64,000 nt of DNA from Calditrichia bacterium (GCA_963796965.1 CAWCNS010000004.1:288001-352000), one strand, 5' to 3'; positions 34,450-46,361 are shown, numbered from the stretch's first letter. Made by a program: numbers and translations. Notes: generated from the sequence alone by a model not told the origin.

Positions 34450-35789
34450 ATGGGAATATACCATCCTTTAATAAAAAATATACGCAATCCATCAATCTTT
34501 ACCAGCAAGCGCAAAATCTTTTTCCCTACGGCACCCAACTGTTCAGCCGTCGGCCAGAATTGGGTGCCTTTGGCCAGGCACCTATCTATTTTGAACGTAT
34601 GAAAGATGCCCACTTTTGGGATGTTGATGGCAACGAGTTTATTGATACTGCTATGGGTGTTGGGCCGGTGATTTTAGGCTATTGTTATGATAAAGTGGAT
34701 AATGCTGTAAAGAAGCAAATTGATAGAGGGGTGCTTGGTAGCATCAATAATGCCCTTGAGATTGAAGTAGCTGAAACTATTATTGATATGGTGCCATGTG
34801 CTGAGATGGTCAGATTTTGTAAGAGTGGTGGCGAGGCTGATGCGATTGCGGTACGTATCGCGCGTGGATATACGGGTAAAGAAAAGGTTCTCTTTTGTGG
34901 ATACCATGGATGGCACGATTGGTATTTGGCAGCAAATCTGCTATCCGGTTCATCACTTGACCCACATCTATTGCCCGGTCTGAATCCGAAAGGTGTACCC
35001 CCATCTTTATCGGGCACATGTTTTCCTTTTGAATACAATAATCTGGATCAACTCAGATTATTGTTAAAGAAAAATGCCGGGAATGTTGCTTGTATTATTA
35101 TGGAAGCAACCCGCTTTAAAAGACCTGAAAAAGGATTTCTTGAAGGGGTGCGTCAACTGGCCGATGAACACCAATGTTTGCTTATTTTTGATGAAGTCAT
35201 TACCGGTTTTCGAATGGCAAAAGGTGGTGCCCAGGAATATTTCAATGTAATGCCTGATCTGGCCACATTTGCCAAAGCCATTGCCAATGGCTATTCGCTT
35301 GGAGCAGTTGTTGGACGAAAAAAAATCATGGAAACCCAGGCAGATAACTTTATAAGTAGCACCTACTGGAGCGATTGCACAGCGCTAGCAGCCGGATTAG
35401 CCACATTAAGTGAAATAAAGAATAAACCTGTCATTGAGACAATTAATAAGATCGGCCGGGGACTCGTTTCCAATCTGGAAGTATTGGCAGAAAAACACAG
35501 CATAAATGTGAAGATATGCGGCCATGGATTTGATTTCACTCTGAGTTTTGAATATGGCGAACTTACCGGAAAAATCATGACCTTGTTTATTCAGGAGATG
35601 GTTGCACGTGGGATTTACACCAATGGTGTATTCTATCCGTGTTATACGCATACGGAAGAAGATATCGCAAAAATCCTGTCAGCAACGGATGAGGTTTTCA
35701 CATTTTTAAAACATGGAATAGAAAAGAATGGGATCGATCAATTATTAAAATGTCCCGAACGACAAACCGGATTTAAGCGGTTAACCTAA
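34450..35789 (+). CDS. Class III aminotransferase (glutamate-1-semialdehyde aminomutase-like); probable 1-nt error just after the ATG
   Basis: WDVDGNEFID, KSGGEA, GYHGWHDW, IFDEVITGFR, FAKAIANG; the frame is open back to ~34452. Confidence 0.8.
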
Positions 35790-35843
35790 TTTTAAATTGC
35801 CACTTGCTTCGCTCTTTTTAGACAGGATCTACAGGATAACATT

Positions 35844-36800
35844 ATGAATAAAAGATTATTAGGCCGAACCGGCATCCATGTGTCGGAAATAGGTTTTGGA
35901 GGCGTTGAAATTGGTCTTCCTTATGGGATTGGTGTAAAAAGTAAAGCCGACATGCTCAATGAACCGGAAGCTATTCGCTTGTTGCATTCGGCTAACGACG
36001 GTGGTATTAATTTTTTTGATACGGCACGGATGTATGGTGCCAGCGAATCGATTATGGGGCAAGCTTTTCAGGACAGGAGGGAGCACGTTGTCATCTGTAC
36101 CAAATGCCGGCATTTACGCGATAAACTTGGAGCATTACCTCCTTCAGGCAAATTGAAAGAGATTATTGAAAGATCATTACAGGAAAGTCTTACAGCGCTG
36201 CAAACCAAATTCATTGATATTTATATGCTCCATCAGGCCGATCTTGAGATTCTTGGCAATGATATGGTAGCAGATATATTTTTAAATTTCAAAAAAAATG
36301 GTGTGATTCGGGCAACAGGTGTCTCAACTTATACTGTTGGAGAAACGAAAAAGGCCATTGACAGCGGTGTATGGGATGTCATTCAGGTTCCGTTCAACCT
36401 GATGGATCAATCTCATGAAACAAACTTTTTTATGGCAGCGAAGCGTGGTGTTGGCATCATGGTTCGTTCTGTCCTGTTCAAGGGTATATTGAGTGAAAAG
36501 GGCAGGAACCTGCACCCAGCATTGGAAGACGTTGAAGCACACCTCAAATATTATGATGATTTGCTGCGTGAATCTATCCCGGATCTGCCGACGTTAGCAA
36601 CTAAATTCGCTTTATCTTTTGAGCAAGTCTCCTCGGTACTTATCGGTATCGACCGGATGGCATATTTGCAGAAAACATTGGCTGCAACCGACGGTGTTTA
36701 TCTGGATAAAAAGACAATGGCGCGGGCAAGAAAGTTGTTTTACCCAGATCCGCAATTTCTTGATCTGGTTAAATGGGATAGAATGGGGTGGTTGACATAA
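35844..36800 (+). CDS. Aldo/keto reductase
   Basis: LGRTGIHVSEIGFG, FFDTARMYGASE, IDIYMLH, QVPFNLMD. Confidence 0.9.
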   Translation: MNKRLLGRTGIHVSEIGFGGVEIGLPYGIGVKSKADMLNEPEAIRLLHSANDGGINFFDTARMYGASESIMGQAFQDRREHVVICTKCRHLRDKLGALPPSGKLKEIIERSLQESLTALQTKFIDIYMLHQADLEILGNDMVADIFLNFKKNGVIRATGVSTYTVGETKKAIDSGVWDVIQVPFNLMDQSHETNFFMAAKRGVGIMVRSVLFKGILSEKGRNLHPALEDVEAHLKYYDDLLRESIPDLPTLATKFALSFEQVSSVLIGIDRMAYLQKTLAATDGVYLDKKTMARARKLFYPDPQFLDLVKWDRMGWLT

Positions 36801-36866
36801 AAATTGCCCTAACAGAACTAATAATATGTCAGTTAAATTTTAAATTAAATAATAAAAAGGTGTAAA

Positions 36867-38105
36867 ATGTTAATATTCCGTGTACTTAGTTTGGCTTTTA
36901 TTATTGGTGCTCAGGGTATGGATCTGGGTTTATCTCAACTCAAAGCAGAAGAAAAAGTACAAAGTTCAATGATAGAAGTTACGGATGAACATCGATCTTC
37001 TGGAAATAGTATCCCAAGCGTTCATAAAATAAAAGAGATTATAATTTATAAGGATTCCGCATTCTATGCGTCTTTCCCGTCAGTAATAAAACGGCCGAAT
37101 GGAGAAATATTAGTTGCGTTCCGGCGTGCACCAGATCGCAAAATATTTGGTGAAAAAGTTACAAGTCATGTCGATCCGAACAGCTACCTGGTGATGGTGC
37201 GATCAAGCGATAATGGAGAAACATGGACAAAAGAACCAGAATTGATCTATTCCAACCCTTTTGGCGGTTCGCAAGATCCTTGTTTATTGCAATTGCATGA
37301 CGGAACGTTACTTTGCACAAGTTACGGCTGGGCCTTTGTTCGTCCCGATGGTTTACCTAATTTGAAACAGCCCTATTTTGAAGCTGGTGGCGCCATTTTT
37401 CTGGGCGGGTACCTGGTACGCTCAACCAATGGTGGTAAAACATGGCAGGATGTTATATATCCTCCGCATATAAAACCAGAAATAAACTACAATGCCTGCG
37501 GTACGCCTGTACCTGCATATAACAGGGGGGCGTTGTACGAGGCTAAAGATGGTCGGATTTTATGGATTGTTGCGGCGAGTGATAATGTTAAAAAAACTTC
37601 CAACCATTTAATCATTTCAAAAGATAAAGGGTTAACCTGGGAGTATGTTGCTCCGGTAGCCGTTGATGGGAAAGTATCATTTAATGAGGCATCAGTAATT
37701 GAAACGCCTAAAGGAGATATTGTAGGTTTTTTAAGAACGGCTAAATTTGAGGACCAGGCTGTAATCTCCCGCTCAACGGATGGGGGAAGAACTTTTAATT
37801 GGGAATCAATGGGTTTCCAGGGGCATCCTTTAAACGCCTTACGTTTACCAGACAACAGAGTGTTGCTTACCTATGGTTATCGTCATAAGCCTTTTGGGAT
37901 ACGTGCTCGTATTCTTAATTCAGAATGTACGGATTTTACAACAGCTCCGGAGATAGTACTTCGCGATGATGGTGACAATGGAGACATAGGCTATACTTGG
38001 GCAGTGCAGCTTCATGATAACCGCGTTTTAGTAATTTACTATTTTAATCAAGAAAATGGTACACGATATATCGCTGGTACTATTATAGAAATTAATAGCA
38101 AATAG
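36867..38105 (+). CDS. Sialidase-family (Asp-box beta-propeller) protein
   Basis: SSDNGETW, STNGGKTW, SKDKGLTW, STDGGRTF; FNEAS; DIGY. Confidence 0.8.
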   Translation: MLIFRVLSLAFIIGAQGMDLGLSQLKAEEKVQSSMIEVTDEHRSSGNSIPSVHKIKEIIIYKDSAFYASFPSVIKRPNGEILVAFRRAPDRKIFGEKVTSHVDPNSYLVMVRSSDNGETWTKEPELIYSNPFGGSQDPCLLQLHDGTLLCTSYGWAFVRPDGLPNLKQPYFEAGGAIFLGGYLVRSTNGGKTWQDVIYPPHIKPEINYNACGTPVPAYNRGALYEAKDGRILWIVAASDNVKKTSNHLIISKDKGLTWEYVAPVAVDGKVSFNEASVIETPKGDIVGFLRTAKFEDQAVISRSTDGGRTFNWESMGFQGHPLNALRLPDNRVLLTYGYRHKPFGIRARILNSECTDFTTAPEIVLRDDGDNGDIGYTWAVQLHDNRVLVIYYFNQENGTRYIAGTIIEINSK

Positions 38106-38193
38106 AAAAAATGAGCAATACGGCTATCAGCATCCGGATAATTGCCTCCAAAGATGGACAGAATAAATTAAAGCTAAATAAGATAATAATATT

Positions 38194-39697
38194 ATGATAA
38201 ATCCACATGATAATCACATCAAAATTTTATTAATAACAGGTTTTATCGTAATGATCTTAGCAGCTGTGATTAACATGACCGGTTGCAAAGATAAAATACA
38301 GACAGACCTCACCACGAACATCTCGGCCAACTGGCAGCTTTTTATTGATGAATATTGGATTGCCAGTAGTACCAATGTAACACTGACTATGCACCAGCCG
38401 GAGAAACATCACGATAACCCACTAATTCGCGGTGATGTCCCCTGGGAGCAAGCCCCATACTGCTTTGGTACCGTCATTTATGATGATGAAGAAGCGGTTT
38501 TTAAAATATGGTATCAGAGTCTATAATTATGGTCAGCCTGTGGCAAAGCGGACACCCATTCTTTATGCCACCAGCTCTAACGGAATTCATTGGACACGGC
38601 CTAACCTTAGGATAATTGAATTTCAGGGTTCAAAGGATAATAATATAATTCTCCAAAACTACGGATATCACGATCTCTACTCTCCCAGTGTTATTAAAGA
38701 TCTTGCCGATCCAGATCCCAATCGACGATATAAAATGATTTGGTGGGATTTCCCCTTAGGAGACACGGGTTACCAGGACGATGGGATGTGCGTCGCTTTC
38801 TCACCGGACGGTGTTCATTGGAATAAATATCTAGGAAATCCTGTCCTTCATGCGGAGAAAGGTGAGAAATCGATCAGTGATGTTATGTCAGTTATGCAGG
38901 ATCAGCGAACGGGAAAATTTGTTGCCTATACCAAAGGTTGGGCCGATCCCTGGCCGGCGTTCAGGCAAATTGTACGTACCGAAAGCAATGATTTTATACA
39001 GTGGTCAGATCCAGAGGTTGTGATTCGTCATAAACACACTATTCAGGATCCACAATCCTATGGAATGACGGTAGCGCAGATCGGAAACTTATTTGTTGGT
39101 TTGATGTGTTCTTATAAAAATCCAGGTGATGAAACCATCAATATCCAACTTGCTGTCAGCCATGATAACCATCACTGGACTCGTGTCGGAAATCAGAAAA
39201 CGTTTATCCCCAACGGACCGTCAGATAGTTGGGATAGCGGTATGATCTTTACTGCACCGCTGATCAATCATGGTGATCAAACCCTGATTTATTATGGCGG
39301 CTGGGATGGTCCCCATAACCTTAAAAATCGCAATAGCGGAATTGGCCTGGCTATGATGCGCAAAAATAGATTTGTCTCGCTTAATGCAGGAGCAGATTTC
39401 GGAATAGTCACAACCCATACCATGAGCAAAATACATGGACCTTTGCTTGTCAATGCAGATGCAAGAGGTGGATTACTGCTTGCTGAATTGTTAGATTCAG
39501 AGGGTAACCCGATTCCTGGTTACACGTCAAGTGAGTGTATCCCGATGCAAAGTGATGGCCTGAAAGAACCCATACGGTGGCAAAAATATTCCGAACTACC
39601 AGATACGGAAAAAGGGATTCGCTTCCGTTTTTTGATAAAAAAGGCTTCCCTGTTCGGCTTTTATGGCGGGCCGGACCTCATCCGTGATAATGATTAG
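38194..39697 (+). CDS. Five-bladed beta-propeller glycoside hydrolase-like lipoprotein (GH32/GH43/GH130 clan-like); frameshift near 38520
   Basis: MTGC lipobox; WQLFIDE; SSNGIHWTRP, SPDGVHW, SHDNHHW, WDSGMI, IYYGG. Confidence 0.65.
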
Positions 39698-39817
39698 GCT
39701 GATTCATTTATCCTCCCAAGTCTGGGAGTTCATACTATGCTGCTAAAAAGTGTTTACAATTTCCATTTGTATATAAATTTATTCAAATTAATTGTGACAA
39801 CTGTTATGATTTAATCG

Positions 39818-39998
39818 AAAACCACAGAGGCCCCGGAGAAATACAAGGAGAGTCATATTATAAGAGATCACAGAGGGGAGATAATGAGAAACGGTATTAA
39901 CTCAAGTAAAATTAATAGATTGCTCCGTGTCCTCTCTGCCTGCCCCGTAAAGTCTGACGGAGTCAGATTTTGTACGGGGTGGCTATTTTTTACACTAC
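39818..39998 (+). mobile_element. Internally deleted GxxExxY-associated element retaining the last five codons (RRVIL*)
   Basis: aaaaccacagaggccccggagaaatac is joined to agg aga gtc ata tta taa (39846-39863); the downstream sequence is collinear with 46798-46885 and 48593-48615. Confidence 0.8.
39939..39979 (+). mobile_element. 41-bp CCTG-hairpin mini-insertion in the right arm
   Basis: cctg-ccccgta..tctgac-gga-gtcaga..tacgggg interrupts ctctg|tgg. Confidence 0.7.
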
Positions 39999-40022
39999 GA
40001 TGAACGGATAAAGGAGATATAG

Positions 40023-42560
40023 ATGAAAAAATCAATACCACACAAATTCTTGATAGGATTATTTTTAGTCCTATCAAGTAGTACTTTAATGCACTGTTCA
40101 CAAAAAGAGAAGTCACAAATTTCAGAAGAAGAATGGGCCTCTCTCCCTTCAGATGGACCTTACGTATCCTCTTTTGAACGTATCATTTGCAGCTCTCAGG
40201 CAACAAAATCTGAAATATATGCAGCACGTGAATTTCAAAGACTTTTTAAAGAGTTTACAGGAACAGAATTGGCCATTGATAGAACAGCTCCACAAGGTGA
40301 CAATATCATTTTAATAGGCCCGGATGCAAATGCTGCCTCAGGGATGCAGATGAACCTGGATGAATTGGGCGAGGAAGGATATCATATTGATGTTACCGAT
40401 GATAAGTTGGCAATTTATGGTGGTCGCCCTCGTGGTACACTTTATGGTGTCTATGACTTTTTCGAGCAATATTGTGGTGTACGTTTCCTAACTCATGATC
40501 ACACTTTTTATCCAGAGGATGGAAAAGATAAGGACTTTAGAATTAAAGGGCGTAACTTTAGCTATGTACCTCCATTTGCTTTCCGTTGGTCCTATTATGG
40601 TGAAACGAACCGCAATCCCGCCTTTGCTGCACAATTACGTACCAATACGGTTGCCGGTGCAGAAGAATTTGGTGGAATTACGGGATATAAGTTAGTAGGC
40701 CATAATGTGGCTTATCTTGTTCCGCCTGCTATCTACGGTAAGGAACATCCGGAATATTATGCTTTGGTGAATGGGCGGCGCGTGTTGGATATGCATGGCG
40801 GTGGGCCGCAGTTGTGTATGACAAATCCGGAAGTGCTTGAAATTGTTGTAAAGGCTACGCTCGATGCTATTGAGAAAAATCCGACGATTAAAAATTTCAA
40901 TGTCGCTCATATGGATAATGGCAGCTATTGCACCTGTGAAAATTGTGCGGCCGTTGATGCACGTGAAGAATCTCATGCGGGTGCGACGCTTTCTTTTGTT
41001 AATGCCGTTGCAGAACAAATCGAAAAGATCCATCCCGAAGTATTGATCGGTACCTATGCGTACCAATACACCCGCAAACCTCCTAAAACTTTCCGCGCAC
41101 GAGATAATGTGTTGATTCAGCTTTGCAGTATTGAATGTTGTGACTTTCATGCTATTGATGATCCTTATTGTCCTCTGAACAAAGAATTCTGTGAAGATAT
41201 GGATGGATGGAAGGAGAAGGCTGAGAATATTTTTATCTGGCATTACAACACGAATTTCAGGGGCTATCTGCTTCCTTTTCCGAATTTGCGTAGTATCGGG
41301 AAAAGTGTTGAATATTTTGCCAATAACAATGGACGTGGTGTATTTATGCAGGCAGCCGGGAACGGTTTTTCTACGGAATTGAGTGATCTTCGCAACTATG
41401 TGATGTCACGTTGTCTGTGGCGGCCGGGCCGGGACAGTTGGCAGGAGGCAATAAATTTTTGCCGCATGCATTATGCTGAATCTGCCCAGCCGATTATCGA
41501 TTACCTGACCTATTATCACGACCTCGTTGATCAACAGGGTCGGCATCCCGGTTGTTTTCCCACCGAAGCCTCCCTATGTCTCAATCCTGAATCAGTGAAG
41601 CGGATTGATGAATATTTTGTTGAGGCGTTAGCTTTAGCCCAATCTGAAGAAATACGTTCCCGGGTTGAAAAAGCATCGCTCTGTGCCTATCGGGCCATGC
41701 TCAGTGTCGCAACAATGGATCTTGAGTATAAGAATGGTGTCTGTAAACCTTATCTGGAAGGTGTTGATGTTGACTTACTGGAGCGTTATGCAGAATTATG
41801 CGCGATGTATCAGGTGAGCATGGAAAATGAGCGGATAGGAATTAATACGTATTTGTCTAATATGCGTAAACTTTACACCGGTATGCCTGCGGTCCGTCTG
41901 GAGAATGACACCTGGCGGGTGCTCATCTTACCGGAAAGCAATGCAAAGTTGGTTGAGATGACCTATAAACCGACTGGTCGTGATGTGACTCAACCTACCC
42001 GCGCTCTTGATCGATTTCGTTATGAAGAATGGGTGAGGCAGGGCGATGGTCCAAAAGCTGATGGAATTATGGCCTATACAGTTCTTGAGAAGGGTGCTAC
42101 AAAAGTAGTGGTAGGAGTTAAAGCAAAAGATGGCGCCTGGATTGAGCGTACGATTAGCCTCGTAGACAGGGCTATTAATTTTAAGACGGTATTAAAAGCG
42201 AAGAAAGCACGTGCCTTCGACTTTCTTGTACATCCCGAATATAATGCAGGCTCAGGCTCAGCGGATCCGGAAGAGGTGGGTATTTATGCAAGAGCTGCGG
42301 AATGGCTGCATGCCAATCAGGGTTGGGTGAGAGCAAAACCGTCAGAAAAGCAGGGTAAGATGATCAAAGAAGGACTTAAGGGTGGTGCCTATGCCTACTT
42401 TAATCATAAGGCGGGTTTTGGTGTGGAACAGCGCTTTGAACCAGGCGCTTTCGAAGATCTTACGCTTTACTGGAGCCCTGAACGGATGCAGATCAATCTG
42501 GAAATGATCTCTACTGTTAAAAATCTTAAAGCGGGGGAAGAGGCTTCTTACAGTCTATGA
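40023..42560 (+). CDS. DUF4838-like lipoprotein (putative glycoside hydrolase); true stop may be 42597
   Basis: LMHC lipobox; GRPRGTLYGVYDF; HPEYYALVNG; QLCMTNPEV; YCTCENC; TYAYQYTRKPP. Confidence 0.75.
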   Translation: MKKSIPHKFLIGLFLVLSSSTLMHCSQKEKSQISEEEWASLPSDGPYVSSFERIICSSQATKSEIYAAREFQRLFKEFTGTELAIDRTAPQGDNIILIGPDANAASGMQMNLDELGEEGYHIDVTDDKLAIYGGRPRGTLYGVYDFFEQYCGVRFLTHDHTFYPEDGKDKDFRIKGRNFSYVPPFAFRWSYYGETNRNPAFAAQLRTNTVAGAEEFGGITGYKLVGHNVAYLVPPAIYGKEHPEYYALVNGRRVLDMHGGGPQLCMTNPEVLEIVVKATLDAIEKNPTIKNFNVAHMDNGSYCTCENCAAVDAREESHAGATLSFVNAVAEQIEKIHPEVLIGTYAYQYTRKPPKTFRARDNVLIQLCSIECCDFHAIDDPYCPLNKEFCEDMDGWKEKAENIFIWHYNTNFRGYLLPFPNLRSIGKSVEYFANNNGRGVFMQAAGNGFSTELSDLRNYVMSRCLWRPGRDSWQEAINFCRMHYAESAQPIIDYLTYYHDLVDQQGRHPGCFPTEASLCLNPESVKRIDEYFVEALALAQSEEIRSRVEKASLCAYRAMLSVATMDLEYKNGVCKPYLEGVDVDLLERYAELCAMYQVSMENERIGINTYLSNMRKLYTGMPAVRLENDTWRVLILPESNAKLVEMTYKPTGRDVTQPTRALDRFRYEEWVRQGDGPKADGIMAYTVLEKGATKVVVGVKAKDGAWIERTISLVDRAINFKTVLKAKKARAFDFLVHPEYNAGSGSADPEEVGIYARAAEWLHANQGWVRAKPSEKQGKMIKEGLKGGAYAYFNHKAGFGVEQRFEPGAFEDLTLYWSPERMQINLEMISTVKNLKAGEEASYSL

Positions 42561-42704
42561 TGTGTATTATCTGGACAAAACACCAACCACACGCTAAAAG
42601 AACACAGGACTCCTGATGGTTTCCTTTGTAGAGAGATGATGGTTTTAGCAGGATTATTTAAACATTTAAGTCAAGAAGGAAATACTTGATAATTAATGAC
42701 ATCC

Positions 42705-42878
42705 TAACCTGATCTATTCATAAGTTCCTCACGCAAAGGCGCTAAGACGCAAAGAAATAATTACTTTAAGGAAATTATTTATAGGGATTATAATTTTATC
42801 TAAAATATCTTTATAACTTATTTATAAATAATTTCTTTGCGCCTTGGCGTCTTTGCGTGAAATGAATTGATCAGGTTA
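42705..42878. repeat. Intergenic inverted-repeat element (CGCAAAG units) with an extra outer inverted repeat
   Basis: Arms 42729-42758 and 42831-42860; outer taacctgatctattcat / atgaattgatcaggtta; left arm identical over 29 bp to 34274-34302. Confidence 0.9.
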
Positions 42879-42898
42879 ATTAGTATACAGGAGAAGAT

Positions 42899-43820
42899 AT
42901 GTTAAAAATGGGTATTATTGGCATGAGTGAAGGAAATGGCCATCCCTATTCCTGGTCGGCAATTATCAATGGTGATTTCGATAGGAAAGAGATGAGCCGT
43001 TGCGGTTATGCGGGTATTCCGCTTTATCTTGAAGCAAATAATGATACCTTAGGCATCGATGGCGCCCGGGTCACTCATGTCTGGACCCAGGATAGAAAAA
43101 TATCCGAACATATTGCCAAAGCGTCAATGATTGAAAAAGTTGTCGATAATGCCGAAGAAATGATCGGTCATATAGATGCCGTAATATTGGCGCGGGATGA
43201 TCCGGAGAATCATGTGGCCATGGCCAAACCCTTTCTGGATGCTGATATGCCTATTTTCATAGATAAACCATTGGCTATCTCCAAAAAAGACCTGGCGTAT
43301 TTTGAGGAAGAGAATGAAAAAGGTAAGTTGCTTATGTCATGTTCATCCATGCGTTATTCCGCTGAATGCCGTGCCGTTAAGACGGAAATGACATCGCTGG
43401 AAGAGATAGAATTGGCAACAGCCGTCGGTAAAAAAGACTGGGTGAAATATGGTGTTCATATGCTGGAGGCCTTATTGGCATTACTTGATGATCCTAAAGT
43501 TGTTTCAGTGCAGCATGTAGGTCAACCCGGGAAAGATATCGTGACTATCAAATTCGAAAACGGTTTACCTGCTACATTGCATCTGTTTCATGGATATTGC
43601 ACCAACTTTTCAGATTTCACTCTTTTGCAGGGATCATTGGCGACTGATAGAGATAAAAAACTCCTATTCCATGTTCAAAGAAAATCTGAGCGAATTCATC
43701 CGCTCGGTGCATGAGGGTCATTCACGATTACCTTTTGAAAAAACGGAAAATATTATCCGCACCTTAATTGGGGCCAAAGAAAGCCTGGAACAACAGGGCA
43801 GGATAATAAAATTGCATTAA
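42899..43820 (+). CDS. Gfo/Idh/MocA-like oxidoreductase; frameshift near 43588
   Basis: MGIIGMSEGNGHPYSW, FIDKPLA, SCSSMRY, YGVHMLE. Confidence 0.75.
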
Positions 43821-43934
43821 GTTTTTATAAACAGTATTTGCATCATAAAGGATTTTAGGAGCATTGAAAAGTGAAGCAAAGATAGGTATTATAATTGCTA
43901 TAAAGTCTGGACATGAAAAAAGGAAAACAATTAT

Positions 43935-44014
43935 AAAACCACAGAGAGAATGGGTAAAGAACAATCTCTTTAAGTCAATGAATATAATATATTTACTCTG
44001 TGTGCTCTGTGGTT
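43935..44014 (+). mobile_element. Minimal GxxExxY-associated element with no gene remnant
   Basis: aaaaccacagag ... tttaagtcaatgaatataatatatttactctgtgtgctctgtggtt; spacer and right arm homologous to 25704-25749. Confidence 0.75.
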
Positions 44015-44045
44015 ATTCTCTAAACTAACATACAGTGGAAGAGGA

Positions 44046-44828
44046 TTGGCAATGAATGTTAAAGATCTACTGAGTTTGAAGGATAAAATCATTCTGGTTA
44101 CAGGCGGTGCCGGTCAATACGGCCGATGCATTGTTGAAGGATTGGCTGAAGCCGGCGGTACTGTCATCACGGCCTCCCGAAATCTTAAAGCAGGAGAACA
44201 AATAGCACAAGAATTTTGCGACAGAGGATTAGATGTTTTTGCCATGCCGGTCGATCAGGCTGATCATGAATCTGTTTTGACCCTGAAAGAACAAGTTCTG
44301 GATAAATTTGGACGGCTGAATGTTTTCGTAAATAATGCCGTCAGCCGTCCCATGAAAGGTTACAATGCCCCGATAGATCAATTCGCCGAGTCCATGCGCG
44401 TCAATGCTACGGGCATGATGGATATCCTGCGTGAGATGGCAGATATGATCGCTCAAAGCGGGGGAGGCAGTATTATCAATATCAGTTCCATGATGGGTAT
44501 GTATGGCCCGGATCTCTCAAATTATGAAGGTACCAATATGGGTGATATGCCGCCGGATTATTTTTTTCACAGGGGCGGGATGATAAATTTAACCCGTTTC
44601 CTGGCGCGAATGCTGGCGGATAAAAAAATTCGGGTAAACTGTATCAGTCCGGGAGGATTATTTAACGATCAACCGCAACGATTTGTAGAGAATTACAGCA
44701 AAAAGGTACCTGTGGGCCGGATGGCAAACAAAGACGATATTAAAGGTCTGGTGGTTTTATTAGCTTCAGAAGCATCAGCTTATATCACTGGTGAAAATAT
44801 TTTAATGGATGGCGGAATGCATGCCTAA
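44046..44828 (+). CDS. Short-chain dehydrogenase/reductase (SDR)
   Basis: VTGGAGQYG, VNNA, INISSMMG, IRVNCISPGG, YITGENILMDGG. Confidence 0.9.
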   Translation: MAMNVKDLLSLKDKIILVTGGAGQYGRCIVEGLAEAGGTVITASRNLKAGEQIAQEFCDRGLDVFAMPVDQADHESVLTLKEQVLDKFGRLNVFVNNAVSRPMKGYNAPIDQFAESMRVNATGMMDILREMADMIAQSGGGSIINISSMMGMYGPDLSNYEGTNMGDMPPDYFFHRGGMINLTRFLARMLADKKIRVNCISPGGLFNDQPQRFVENYSKKVPVGRMANKDDIKGLVVLLASEASAYITGENILMDGGMHA

Positions 44829-44837
44829 AGGCGCACA

Positions 44838-44981
44838 ATATTGCCATTGTCTGAATGGTCGGTGAGGAATAATTCGAACCCCATTGGGATCCCTGATTTT
44901 ACAGCAGGAGCCTGGCAGGCCAATAAACCAAACATTGATATTAATTTAACAAGAGGTGGAAATACGAAAGTAAAATTCTAA
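44838..44981 (+). pseudogene. Orphan 3' fragment (47 codons) of a paralogue of the GH109-like gene at 16667
   Basis: ILPLSEWSVRNNSNPIGIPDFTAGAWQANKPNIDINLTRGGNTKVKF*, 38/47 identical to the C-terminus of 16667..18106; no start codon. Confidence 0.85.
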
Positions 44982-45051
44982 TTCTTGACAATTTTCAATA
45001 TATATGATGTGGGTATGTTAACATTGAAATATTAAGGTATGGAGAAAATTA

Positions 45052-46267
45052 GTGAAAAAGGATTATTCTGATTTAAACAAGGTCTATCAGTTAGCTCGTG
45101 ATCTGATCGGAAGTGGATTGCAAGCAGGAACGATATACCACGAAGTATGGATCAGGGATTATAATACGTTTATCGAACTTGCATGTGACGTTTTACCACA
45201 AGCGCGTGTACGTGAGAATTTGCTGATGTTTTTTAAATTTCAGGGCATTGATGGAAATATTATCGACGGATTTATTCCGCGCGAAAAAATCAACCAGGCA
45301 AATGTCATATATAATTATATCTATACAGAGCTGGCTCCGCACTCCGCCGGTCATAAAAATACCGTCATAACGGATCAGGAAAGTAGTCTTGTTCAGGCTG
45401 TTGCGAAATATATTAAAAAGACCGCGGATACATCAATACTGCAGGAGCAAGTGTCCGGTATAAATGTACTCGAAGGTCTAAATCGGGCCATGGAGTTTCT
45501 GCTTGCTGAACGATTCTCCGCAAAATTTGGATTGATCTGGGGGGACACAACCATTGACTGGGGCGATGTGCAACCCAAACATGAGTTAGGTGTTTTGATG
45601 GATGAAAATAGTCATCCGGCTATTTCTATTTACAATAATGCTATGTTCGTTATAGCTCTTAATAATCTGATCGACATGATTAAAGATGATGAAGGAAGGG
45701 CAAAATGGAATAAAGTTAGAGATGAATTAAAATTAAATATCAGAAAACATTTATGGGATGCCGGATCAAATAAATTTATTCCTCATATCTATTTAGAGCG
45801 TTCACCCTTTCCGGAAGATTTCGACGAGAATAAGACTATATTTTCATGGCGGAACAGCAGTTGCCATCGAAGCCGGTTTGCTCTCCAAAAAAGAAATTGC
45901 CGCTGTTAATACCTGGATGTTAAAAAACCAGAAATTGGCCAACGCTCAATCAATTGGGATTACGGTTTACCCACCCTATCCTAAGGGCTATTTTATGAAT
46001 CCGTTTATGGTTCCTTTCGGATATCATAATGGCGGTGATTGGAGTTGGTGGGGCGGACGGATGATCCAACAGTTGATCCTTAACGGATTTATTGAAGAGG
46101 CCTGGGAAGAGATACAACCGATGGTAGACAGAGTTATAAAAAACAATGGATTTTACGAATGGTATACTATTGATGGTATACCCAAGGGAGCCGGAAATTT
46201 CAGGGGGGAGGCCGGAGTTCTGGCCAAAGCCATAGAAATGTTGAGGAATTCTCCTGTCAGTGGATGA
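45052..46267 (+). CDS. Six-hairpin glycosidase (amylo-alpha-1,6-glucosidase-like); frameshift near 45840
   Basis: EVWIRDYN, TIDWGD, YHNGGDWSWWGG, GFYEWY. Confidence 0.7.
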
Positions 46268-46361
46268 GAGTTGATCCAAATTCAACTCAAATATTTAAGT
46301 AATAATGGTAATATCAAAAGCTCTATGATAAAACGAAAAACAGGATTAAAAGGTGAAACCA

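Noticed and set aside
44826..44981. Stop-codon readthrough fusing the SDR to the GH109-like tail
   Set aside because: The SDR is complete at its TAA, the shared frame has a one-in-three chance, and the tail alone is not a domain.
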